Assembly: GCA_002633005.1 (NCBI GenBank)
Contig: NMRA01000024.1
Coordinates: 1,681,177-1,745,176, forward strand
Source of the DNA: Phoronis australis
Lineage: Eukaryota; Animalia; Phoronida
Direction: 5' to 3'
Length of the DNA stretch: 64,000 bases
This document shows positions 53,801 to 64,000 of the stretch, in pieces (positions within the stretch are counted from its first letter, which is position 1; each line of letters begins with the position of its first letter). The translations under genes were made by a program, and so were the position numbers. The notes beneath the pieces were generated by a model. That model was not told the DNA's origin and ran no database searches. It was given only the letters and a program-made list of their open reading frames with translations.

Positions 53801-55821
53801 TCTCCACCTGTGTCGCATTTTGACGGGTACCTGTACAGTCTGTTCTCCACCTGTGTCGCATTTTGACGGGTACCTGTACAGTCTGTTCTCCACCTGTGTC
53901 GCATTTTGACGGGTACCTGTACAGTCTGTTCTCCACCTGTGTCGCATTTTGACGGGTACCTGTACAGTCTGTTCTCCACCTGTGTCGCATTTTAACGGGT
54001 ACCTGTACAGTCTGTTCTCCACCTGTGTCGCATTTTAACGTGTACCTGTACAGTCTGTTCTCCACCTGCGTCGCCTGATTGAATAATGTGAACTTTTATC
54101 TTGAGAATGGTTTACAGGGAATAAACCTAAGTGTTGGATCAACATGTCTTCGTTTACTTACACGCTAATTTTAAAGTTGGGTGCTCATGTTTTGGCCAAA
54201 AACAAATGCAATCAATGTGAACATCCCAGAAATAGGTGCTCATCTTGTGTCTATCTTTGCTTTCAGCGAGCAAACGTATAGACTATCACAGACTTTGTTC
54301 ACTAGTCAGACATAAGATGCTCACCTTTTTGCTGAGCATTCATGCCACTTTTCCATTGTTGCATGCATAGTTACAGAGGTACATTGATGCATAGTTACAG
54401 AGGTCCATTAATTAATGTAAAATGTCTCTCCCAGATAACCATGGATTTGTACTTTTAGTAAAGATAACATCGAGATAGTTTACTTTTACTTTGGTAAAAA
54501 ATTTACTCTGATTTCTTTGGAATTTTACCCCACCGCAGGCATTTTTTGAAAATAGTGTATCCTATCAGAGTTTGTGCCTTCAACGTGTTCAGTGGTTTTG
54601 TGAGAAAAATTTCATGGAACTGAGGCAGAAACTCAGGAGCAAAGCAGATGGAAAATTACAGACCAAAACATGAAAATCAGGTGAAACGTTTTCTCCAAAA
54701 ATTTTGCTGATTTCCAACAAGGATAACATTTTTTGGAAACTCTCTTTCTAACTGAACTGATTTTGACAAGGAAGTCGCTGATTATCTCTGTATTGTTAAA
54801 CATATGAATTTTGAATTCAATTATTGAAGGTGAATACTTATACAATACTTGGTATATTGATTTTATCATTTACTAAGAGTCTCTTGGCAATCGTAAGAGA
54901 ACCACTCACCTGTCTCGCCTTTAACAGGTGCAAAAGAAACTAGGCAACACACACCTTGCGTTGATGAACTTCTCATGGGCAGTTGACCTTGACCCCAAGG
55001 GTGCTAACAACCAGATTAAGGAGGCAATAGACAAGAGATATGTCAAGGATGACGATATGATGTCTGAGCCAGGTAAGGGACGGTTGGTCATTGCAGGAGG
55101 GGTAACTGTAGTGATAGGGTATTACGTGGTCCTGTGATGGGTTGATAATGGAAGTGACAGACAACAGTTAAGTCAAGGGTGTCGAAAGATGTCTTCTCGT
55201 GTAAGAAGTGGTTGATCCTTGTAGAGGGAGAGGAAGTGTAGTGATAGTGTATCATTTGTACTCTTGGCATGTTGATAAAGGAGGCAACGGACCAGAAGTA
55301 TGTCCAGTATGACTACATGATGTGGGAGCCATGTAAGGAGTGGTTGGTCCGTGTCGGGTAGGGGGAGTGTTGTAACATTGTGAAACAACTTGTGTAGGTT
55401 TGATTATGGAGGAGATAAATGTGTCAAGGACAATATGATGTCAGAGTCCGTTAAAGGGGTGGTTAGTCCTTAGAGAGAAGGGGAAGTGTAGTGACAGTAT
55501 GTAACTTGTGGCGCCATCTGTTGTATTAAGGAGATGGAATTAAAGATAGATCAAGAATGATGAAGTGATGTCTTCTGCATAGAAATGCCAAGAACCAGCT
55601 CATCTGGATTTTACTGATATTGTTTAGCAAAACGTGAGCTAGCTTTCAGGGATTTAATAGTTGACATGGCAACTTTAATTTCCTGTCTTTCCTGTTCAGG
55701 TTCTGATGCGAGTGATGAGGCAGACCCTGTGGTGCTGATGGATGCTGATGACTTGATGAACATATTTGGCAACGAGAGACACTCAGAGCTGCAGGCCAAC
55801 GAAAGCGACGAAAGTTTATAG
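38816..55821 (+). CDS. CDC27: Cell division cycle protein 27 (APC3, TPR subunit of APC/C); 17 coding exons, about 811 aa
   Basis: Exons, total 2436 nt: 38816-38842, 42265-42340, 43534-43681, 43961-44083, 44820-44917, 45301-45452, 47195-47530, 47948-48054, 48302-48365, 48932-49112, 49862-50034, 50498-50650, 51436-51516, 52454-52699, 53061-53264, 54928-55072, 55700-55821. Motifs: MILVQDPIQASIYHALNHY..DAIFLAERL, LNPFLWSSFESLC, RRSSRLF, YSTVLWHLQ, AWCCAGNCFSLQKEHDTAIKFFQRA, YAYTLLGHEY, RHYNAWYG, HLALMNFSWAVDLDPKG. Confidence 0.97.
39572..39953 (+). mobile_element. Kolobok-like MITE, family A copy 4 (more diverged)
   Basis: TTAA|ATGGATACTAAAC ... GGTTTGGTATCCTT|TTAA. Confidence 0.72.
40420..42056. 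mobile_element. Probable DNA-transposon relic with about 9 copies of GGGTACGTACACTACA and an internal 345-bp duplication
   Basis: Motif at about 40542, 40905, 41178, 41335, 41354, 41522, 41678, 41700 and 41852. 41059-41352 resembles 41407-41694. Possible ends TCATATG / CATATGA. Confidence 0.55.
45522..45767. mobile_element. Palindromic foldback MITE
   Basis: About 110-bp arms (tgatattaaagttaaa...tctccttcgatgggatgttgact / agtcaacatcccatcgaaggaga...tttaactttaatatca) with a loop of about 20 nt. Confidence 0.8.
46021..46214 (+). mobile_element. tRNA-derived SINE head running into a 31-bp tandem array
   Basis: A box TGGCTTAGTGG and B box GGTTCGATTCC, then tcccactgaagcacactgctagatccttgag repeated at least 4 times up to the gap. 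Confidence 0.75.
46215..46596. other. Assembly gap
   Basis: N run flanked by two different minisatellites. Confidence 1.
46597..46743. repeat. 23-bp minisatellite, about 6 copies
   Basis: cttgactgatgctgtcatgatta repeated. Confidence 0.95.
48372..48497. repeat. 60-bp tandem duplication
   Basis: acaataagttcagttcttg.cttagctttagtaccaatctggctattag.acagttaca x2. Confidence 0.9.
49230..49351. repeat. 30-bp minisatellite, 4 copies
   Basis: aagcacttcgtacagtatgacactattcat repeated. Confidence 0.92.
50141..50199. repeat. (TG)n microsatellite
   Basis: Imperfect TG run. Confidence 0.92.
53505..54188. mobile_element. Foldback/MITE with about 85-bp TIRs enclosing 11 copies of a 43-bp repeat
   Basis: Left arm atgagca.aaactttaaaattagc...gatccaaca...aaccattctcaag (53506-53593) pairs with 54100-54188. 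Array cattttgacgggtacctgtacagtctgttctccacctgtgtcg at 53601-54073. Confidence 0.85.
55016..55580 (+). repeat. Decayed tandem repeat (period about 128 bp) derived from the CDC27 exon 16 end plus donor site
   Basis: gaggcaatagacaagagatatgtcaaggatgacgatatgatgtc...ggtaag...ggttggtc...tgtagtgatag recurs at about 55144, 55274, 55402 and 55521. Confidence 0.75.
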
Positions 55822-57816
55822 CACATGGTGTCCTGTTCAGAATATATTTAAGCAGACATGCATTGTTCAGGCGATTAGAAACTCGGGTCTTCGTAACTTG
55901 AAAATCTCCTGCTGTAGCTACCTTTCTTCATTGTGTATTAGTCATCGTGTAGGATGAAGGTTTGTCGATTTAAGGGTAAATGAAGAGATGTCAAGTCAAG
56001 CTCCAGTATGCAAAATTGATTAAACACACGACACTTGTTGTTTTTCACAGTCTTTATTCTATTCCATTCGTATGCTGAGAATAAAGCTCTGCGTGATTTT
56101 ATTTCCACTTGAGAATGAAAAAAATATGTTTTGAAATATCCTGGGTCTTTTAATCATGTCTCTTGGTCAGTTGCTTCACCAATCGTCTGTGGAGTGTAGA
56201 ACTTTATTCTGAGCATAAGGGCTGTTAATAACGACAAGTGTCATGTGTTTAATTAATTTTGCATATCGGAAAACTTGCTTCCGAAGTACAGCCATTTCCT
56301 GCTCCAGCATGAATACTGCTCATAACATTGTATCATACTTTAGCAATATTTGCATTGCTACCTATTTTGGGATTGCCCTGTTGTTGTCATGGTACAACAT
56401 GAACGACGCGTTAATAACTGCAAAATGAAATCAGTTTTAAATTGCTAGTGAATGCCAGTTTTTTTTTTAACCAAAACAACCCTCTGGTAAACGAGAGCTT
56501 GTCACACCCCACGGCCTCTTGCATCTTACTCAGGTCCCTGGCATGAATAAACTGAACTCATGATCGTTATGATTTAAAGGTATCATTTTGGACTTTTTTC
56601 TTACTTGATATGTTTCTATGTTTAATATTATAATTTGAAATATCACTGAAAAAGCAATCTGCCACTCACTCGCATTACAGTTACCATTGTATGCAGCGAT
56701 GACATCATGTCAATTTCATCTATCTGAGAATTCTTTTAAATGAGACCAGTCACTACAATCCGCGATTGACTTCAGTTTAGTCTGTGTCTGATGTCAGCAT
56801 CTTGTCCAATTATAATGTATGGTGGTGATGATCAAAGCAGGAAGTTTGTGTGATGTGCTTTTGATCCCAGTACAAATTATATGTCCTTAGTAAAGCAGTG
56901 AAAAGCTTGTCTGTGCCTTTAAGGATTTTGCCTAGTATGTGTTTTGTGTGAAAACATAGTAAATAGCATTCTGATTAGGAAACAATGGGTTGCCGTTAAA
57001 TAATATGTTTCTCAAGATGCCGTCAAATGGAGTAACTCATAGTTTAAGATGGTCATAACAGTTTTTATTTTTGCTCGATAAATAGTTTCTTGTCAGCGAT
57101 TGTGATAAGATAAATGCGGCAGTGCAATGTGTGGAAAATGAGACGCACAGTTCTCTTCAAGTTACACTTATTTAGGTCAAAGTGTGGCGGAAAATGGAAT
57201 TTCTGTTTTTGAGAAATTTCCATTTGGGTGTGGATTGTAATGTCGAGTTGTTATGGAACAGGATTCGGTAAACTTTGATTTTTCAGTGTTTGAAAGTGCT
57301 GAAATTTTGTATTTCCACAATTATTATGCTTAGGATAAATGATGCAAGTCACTCTAGTTAAAAAATCTGAATCTGAAACCTTTCTTAAAGAGGCATTTCC
57401 ACTGCAGCTGTTCTGCTGTAAATTTTGATTTCCTGACTGATGAGAAGTGCTTTAGAGTTGAGAAACATTACCATGCTGATCCAATTTTGAATTGTTGCCG
57501 GATTAGTCACAGGCAATGTCTTTGTGCACCATTTTTGAATCCACAAGTTTGGGGTTAGCTTACCCTTATAAATTCTGAAGTGTTTTCTTGAATCACTGAT
57601 GGTTTTGATGTTCTTGCTGATGAAAATAGAATTTTAAAATGGCAAGGAATATCAGAGATTTTTTGATAGTAAAAGGCCTAATTCGGTTTTGATTTTAGCC
57701 AGCTTATCAAGGCGAAATGCAGCGCTGACGACCAGCAGTTTGTTCTGGCATGAAAAGGGCTGTAGTTGATTTACAGGAGAGTGCTATGCACAGATATTTT
57801 GTCAAACTGGCAAGTC

Positions 57817-57915
57817 CTGGACGTCTGGAGTACGGCTGGATGTCTGCAGTATGGCTGGACGTCTGAAGTAGGGCTGGACGTCTGCAGTATGGCTGGACGT
57901 CTGCAGTACGGCTGC
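57817..57915. repeat. 20-bp minisatellite, about 5 copies
   Basis: ctggacgtctgcagtatgg(c) repeated. Confidence 0.85.
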
Positions 57916-60900
57916 GGCTGGATGATGCACGAGTCTCTCAAATGGATGATTGGCTGCCACTCTTCATTCTCCAGACATACGGGCGTGGTCTCGTTGGTGC
58001 CTGTTCAACACAATATTTGTGAAATGTTATTCAATCACTCCAGGTGAGGTTTTGGTACTCTAAAGCATCACTAATTTAGGACACAATATGGCTGACGAGT
58101 CAAATTTTTATATTCTCGTTTTTCCATAAACAATGTGCAGCACCAAATTAATGCTTTTCCATGTTGGAGTTATGTATCAAAGCTACTGCCAGTCAACAAT
58201 GTTTAGAAGCCCTTGAGAAATAAAACTTTTGGCAATTATTTTTGTTCAAAATAGCCGAGATTTTACCATAACAGTCCATTGTGTTGTATCAGTAGTAATA
58301 CTTTATAAATCGATCCAATCAGGTCAAGAGATTTCATCATCAGATATACAGTAGGCGAAATTTGCCTTCTCTGGAGGCCCAAAGTGCAGAAACACAAGCA
58401 TACTGCAGTCTTCGAACCATTCATGCCAGCTTTACTGCATTACCATTGATAAGATGACGTAAGGGGGACCAATCACAGGAAATTATCCCCCCCCCCTCCC
58501 TACCTAAATCTGCCTGGGGTATTTAGTTTTAATTGGTTGTCTGCATGTAGTCTGTGTTAAATGTCATCTTCTAAGAACTGGTGCGCATGTAACAGGGTAC
58601 TCTGAATATGTACAATATGATGGGAAATTCTGTAACTGGTTTATCACTCTGTAAAAACACTGGAGTTTTGATTATACACATGTTTAATTCCAAAGTTGTT
58701 TCCTTGAAAGAAACTGGTGTGATTTTGCGTACAAGGAGATGTATGGCCTGGCTGTGATTGGCAAGCTTACCAACTACGCCTTGTTCTCGTGTGAAAGGAA
58801 AAATCCCCGTAGCATATAGCGTAATAATTATTGTAAAATCTGTAAATATAATGACACAATTTTTAAGTGGGGCAGATAAACTTGATATTTATGTATGTAC
58901 GTATCAATGTTTAATAAACAGAATGTCTATTAGTTACTTTTGTATTAATGGACAGGAAATCCTGTGTAGTTATATTGTTGAGTGTGTTTTATTTTTTTGT
59001 GTCCACCTCTCTACCAAACCGCTCTCATTATCATTATGGGGATATGGACTTTTACTTTATTGAAACGCTCAAAGGCCATGGGCCCACAGCACAGAGTTGA
59101 ATATTTTTACCTATTTACACAAAAATTATTTAAAGGTCAAGTATGGTGCCAAAATGACTATTTTTACATCTAAAATACATTTATTGATGAAAAACATCAA
59201 AATACTGCGTCATAGCATACCCCAGTCGTTAATTACGAACCCCATTTAGCGCAAAAAAACTTGAGACGGCGCTCGCGCCAATCGAAGTCTGTGACCTTGT
59301 TACCACGAATTTGGCTTTCACCGTGTCTCCACACTAGGAACCACACTGGTTCCTAGCGCCACAGTATTGTAATCAGCGATAACTGGTCATTTAATTTAGT
59401 GCAAAATACGTGGAAAATCAAGGAAACACATTAATTTTTCATTTCATATCAGTTAATATTAAAGTTGATCAAAATCATTACCTTTAGAATTTTTTATTTA
59501 GTTATTTAGCACATATTCTAATACGGGCCCGTACATGTATATATGGGAATCCCCGGGAATGTGAGTCGGAAAAACAAAACGCTTCGTCTATATTGTTATC
59601 AGCAATTTCACAATGTTTATTATAAAGATTAATTTGCTTGATACAAAAACTTTGATGTTAGGAACTTTGCATTCATGTCTTTTTGAAGCCGAAGGTGTGA
59701 ACGCTGCGCGCTTCCAATACGGGCGGCTGTCGAGAGTGTGTGTGTCCCGTATATAGGCGACAATAGGCCGTTTAATTTGGTGTAAAATACTTGGAAACGT
59801 TACAACACATATCAGCTTGATCTTTTCGTACAAAGCAATTATAATCAAATTCATTGAAAACTTTATATTAGAAACTCAATTTTTAAAATAAGTCGCCTTT
59901 AAATGCTGCAACCCCGCCGTAGCCTACTCGCCGCCATTTTGACTCGGTCAACCTAAAAAAATTGAAAATTCACACAACTTTGTGAGTGTCTGTAATAAAT
60001 TAAAACTGTCGGATTGCATGAAAATATACCCAATTATAAGAATTTGTAATCAATTGAACGTTTTAAATCCACTGAGTATCAGAATTCCGTTAGGCCTACG
60101 GGAACGACCCAATCAGACAGAATATTCCGGATTTGGACCGGATTCCCCATACTCTGGGCCGGAACAGTACATGCGAAACGTCGAAGTGCACACTGCATAT
60201 TTTTTGTAGCCAGCCAGCTACGTGTTTGAAGACTATCGCCAAAATACAGCAAGGTAACACTATGAACTGAGTTCTGTTAACCATGGACCCCGGGCCGACA
60301 CAAGGTGGTAAATTAAACTTTGATTTACTGGCCCAGAAAGAAAATTCAAGAGTCCTAAAGTGCTTAGTTTTTCGCGAGAAATTGGGTTAAGCAGGTGCAT
60401 TGTTTGAATAAACTTTAGTTTTTTTACCAGTTGACAGGCACGTAGTACGTTTTATGACGAGGTGTCATTAAAGGCCGGGGGCGGGATCTACGGGACCAAC
60501 GGCAGCGCCAAGCAGCTGGCCTGAATTGAATGGGCTATTGTGTTCGCATCAGCAAACTCCAACCGTCGGACGATGGTCGTCAATTTTTAGCTGGACAGGG
60601 TGCGTCATGTACAGTGTGAATCCGGCAACGTCAGTTCTACTCAGTTAAGGGTAGAAAATTTCAAGCTCATTTTGCACAAACCAGACAAAAGATGTTGAGT
60701 GAATTCCTTTTTCATGCAGCCTTAATATGAAACTAAACGGAGCTGTTCCAACCCAAACAGTGGCGGATCTAGGATATCACAAGGGGGGCCAGTATTTTGT
60801 CCGGCTGTAAGCATTTGCGCAAACCACGATTGTAGATGCGCATAGCACCGAATGGGGGGAGGTCGCCGGAGCGGGGCAAACCCCCCTCCCGCCCAGGAAA

Positions 60901-61361
60901 TTTTTCTGTTTTTTCCTCTAAAAATCAAGCATTTCTGTTCCTTGATTTCTGATGTATTATCCAAGAAAAAAGAAAAAAAAAACACGGAGAACGTGTCACA
61001 CAGGAAAATTGCGAGTTTCACAGACTCAAACCCACGACATAGACGATAGGACGCGCGTGCTTTACCACCACACCACTACGACTTTACTAATAAACTTAAA
61101 CTAAGAGACCTACTTGTTTATGGTCTACAAACGTTTGCGCGCGAAACCTACCTCTTTTTGTAATGCTTATTACACGTTTTATATTTTGTGCAATCGGTTC
61201 TTAACAAATTTGTTGTATTTAAAATAGTCTTCAAATGCCCAAAAGACCAAATCCGATTTTCGTGTTGGCAATAATGACGGGATTGCTTTGGAAATCGTCT
61301 TAAGTTAAGGTTTGACAAAGAGAGAATTAATGAGTTTCTGAGTGATTCACTAAGGCTTCGA

Positions 61362-61589
61362 NNNNNNNNNNNNNNNNNNNNNNNNNNNNNNNNNNNNNNN
61401 NNNNNNNNNNNNNNNNNNNNNNNNNNNNNNNNNNNNNNNNNNNNNNNNNNNNNNNNNNNNNNNNNNNNNNNNNNNNNNNNNNNNNNNNNNNNNNNNNNNN
61501 NNNNNNNNNNNNNNNNNNNNNNNNNNNNNNNNNNNNNNNNNNNNNNNNNNNNNNNNNNNNNNNNNNNNNNNNNNNNNNNNNNNNNNNNN
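61362..61589. other. Assembly gap
   Basis: N run. Confidence 1.
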
Positions 61590-62069
61590 TAAATCCGCCT
61601 ATGCCAAAAGCGCCACCTTCGCTGGTCAGTTCCCCGGCCCAGCCAGCACGCACTCAGGGTACGTATACGCGCAGTGGCACGCCATGCGCTTCTCAGTCGG
61701 AAGCGCTCTCAACTCAAGTTGAGTTGGTCGATATGTACACTCGGCAGTCATTGGTTAGCTTTACAACAACGTGAAAAATGGCGGGCTGTGAACGATTTTT
61801 AGCCTTTACAAGTGGCGTCGCCGCAACTATTTCGTTTCTGCAGTGATGTTTAATAGCCGCGTGCTTGAAGTACAATAAACACATACCGGTGTGACGGTGT
61901 GTAATTCATACTGTATGAATACAGGACACTAGGCCTACCGTAAACAAAAGTCATCGACAGTAGAAAGATGCATTCCGAAAAGACGCAATACAAATTTCTA
62001 GGCTTCACATTTCCTGAACATAAATTTTAAGCACCGACTTGTCTGCACAACAGACCACTGACATTTAGG

Positions 62070-62506
62070 CCCACTCGTACGGCGGGTACCACCACCTCTG
62101 AAGGATTGGGGACGATGTTGGTCACTACTATGTTCTGAGGACAAGACAGTTCTAGAGCAAGAGGAAATCGAAGCCATCATAAGACAACTGTCGCCATTGC
62201 CGAGCTCATCTAGGCACTCGATATCGAGGGCAGAAACAGCGGCTGTCATCACTTCATCAGCCTACAAGAGAAAGTTAGAAGGAGCAAAGGCGAAGAAGAC
62301 ATCACAGTCAGCAAAGGAAAAAGCACAGAAAAAAACCCCGCAAATGTAAACCCCAAGAGTTTGACGAGATGTGTCTGGTGTGTGGAGAGCCATACAGTTG
62401 TTCAAGACCTCGGGAAGTGTGGCTGCAGTGCCAGAAGTGTCACAACTGGGCACATGAGGCCTGCACACCTGGTTTGCCCATCTTCGTGTGTCCCACCTGC
62501 GAATAA
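62070..62506 (+). pseudogene. C-terminal fragment of a pogo-like (Tc1/mariner, DDE_1) transposase with PHD-like finger
   Basis: Frame 1: IIRQLSPLPSSSRHSISRAETAAVITSSAYKRKLEGAKAKK. After a frameshift at about 62330-62340: CLVCGEPYSCSRPREVWLQCQKCHNWAHEACTPGLPIFVCPTCE*. No DDE domain seen. Confidence 0.75.
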
Positions 62507-62739
62507 TTATAACGACTGTTACTGTGTTACGATAAATTTAAGGTAGTTGTTGTGGTTTGTTGAAAAAAGTAATGCGCATTTATTATGATGTGCGTTTTTC
62601 TATAAATACACCAGCTTGTTAGCATGCAGTACTCGAACATTGACATTTTACTGAACTTAAACACTCATAAAATTGATATTTTAAAACTTTTTTGAAAATT
62701 TATTTAACTTTGCATACTTGAGGTACTGTGTCAATCAAA

Positions 62740-62993
62740 CATGGGGCATAACGCCCATGACAGGCCTCTTGCCTCCTGTGAAAAGGCGTTTTGCCCCGGG
62801 CATGGGGCAAAAAGGCCAAATTTGGTTTTTTAGTTTTTGATCTGTGATTTCTTTACGGTTAAGAATACCTGCGTATGTTCGACATATAATGTAGAGCCTT
62901 CTAACCCAAATCAAATGCAGTTATTTCGAAGTATTTCTGAGGAAGAAAAACAGGTTTTTGCTTAATAGGGGCGTTTTGCCCCATGTTACACTA
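62740..62993. mobile_element. Right end of the pogo-like element
   Basis: Repeated GGGGCA(A/T)AACGCC motifs in both orientations (about 62743, 62785, 62803, 62968), ending GGGGCGTTTTGCCCCATGTTACAC|TA. Confidence 0.6.
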
Positions 62994-64000
62994 CTCTTTT
63001 GCAGGTTATTGTGAAATTTTACAAGTGTTATATAAATGTGGCAACAACTGTCTACGACGTTTGGACGACATCTCTGACTACTGTTGCGCCCCTTAGTGGC
63101 CACTTTAGTTTTTACGTCTGTCTGTTTCTTTTGGGTCCCTTGAAGGATTTTCGTGATATTTGACTTACAAGTTTCTGTTATGAAGGCGACAGCACTGTGC
63201 AGGTCGAAATTGTCACATCGTTCCAAGTTGCCACAGCTTCAAAACTGTGACCCTTTGGGTAGGGCTGCAGACCCTAATTGTCTAAACAATTTTGTGTTTG
63301 TGTGTCAATTTGGGTCTGTACCATAGTACAGGCTCCAATTGTAACAATAACGAAAAATGTGTTAGAACATTATACTTGCAATAAAAATTAAATGATCCCG
63401 CAAAAAGGTACCCGTTATTAATCACAGAATGAAAACACTGTGTGCTGTTTTAAAACTGATTTCTACGAAGGGGTTCACAGGTGTACCTGGGGCAGTCGCC
63501 AGATTCAAGCGTGTGTCCAAATTGTCCCAAGTTTGAAGTTGCGACAATTTGGAACGGTGCCACAACTTGGGTCTCACGCAGCACCTTTGCATTTTTGGAT
63601 GAAATCGACGTATTGTATGTCTCTAGGTGGTTATTTTTACTATGCTTGAGCCGTCTGTCTTTGCATTCTCCAACCCTCTCCGAGGATCAATACAACAGTT
63701 GTATACCTACTGACAAGAGCACGACTGACGGGCATTTCAGATGGGTACAACTACTGTGATGCCCCCTGGTGACAATGTTTGTATCTGCAGCTGTATCTTC
63801 TAAATTCCATTGCTTGCAAGATCATTTGCAAGCTCAGCAAGTGTATTCCTATTAACTTTCCATCAGATAGATGTGTTAGACTACCGCTTCGCCTCCTACT
63901 AATTCCAATTTGTTTTTAAGTTCGTCTCAGTACTCTTTGGATTTCTGTGACTGATTTTCATGAAATTTAGCAAATAGCCTTCTCTTCGCGAGACGTGTTT

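Noticed and set aside
53569-54065. Three long repetitive minus-strand ORFs
   Set aside because: Produced by the stop-free 43-bp tandem repeat in a CDC27 intron.
46080-54073. CRISPR-like arrays (23, 30, 31 and 43-bp repeats)
   Set aside because: Units are contiguous with no spacers; eukaryotic context and no cas genes.
62921-64000. Possible exons of a further gene
   Set aside because: No recognisable homology or consistent splice chain within the window.

Overview
AT-rich animal (probably invertebrate) genomic DNA with GT-AG spliced genes, so most entries in the ORF track are spurious. Three multi-exon genes were reconstructed by hand: OS-9, an ER lectin (+, 4-17572, 12 exons, about 676 aa); an ERICH2-like glutamate-rich protein (-, 25596-37407, 11 coding exons, about 275-288 aa); and CDC27/APC3 (+, 38816-55821, 17 coding exons, about 811 aa). 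OS-9 and ERICH2-like are tail-to-tail; ERICH2-like and CDC27 are head-to-head. The introns hold many small non-autonomous mobile elements. The most unusual is a roughly 535-bp miniature LTR retroelement (324-857) with a tRNA-Ser primer-binding site and a polypurine tract, whose LTRs each contain a tRNA-like Pol III A/B-box module. Others include hAT-, Harbinger- and Kolobok-like MITEs, foldback elements (one enclosing a tRNA-like core, one an 11x43-bp array) and a decayed pogo-like transposase with a PHD-like tail. Three duplications joined by a single N (16796, 22184, 27002) look like uncollapsed haplotypes. Coordinates were counted manually and homologies recalled from memory; no searches were run.
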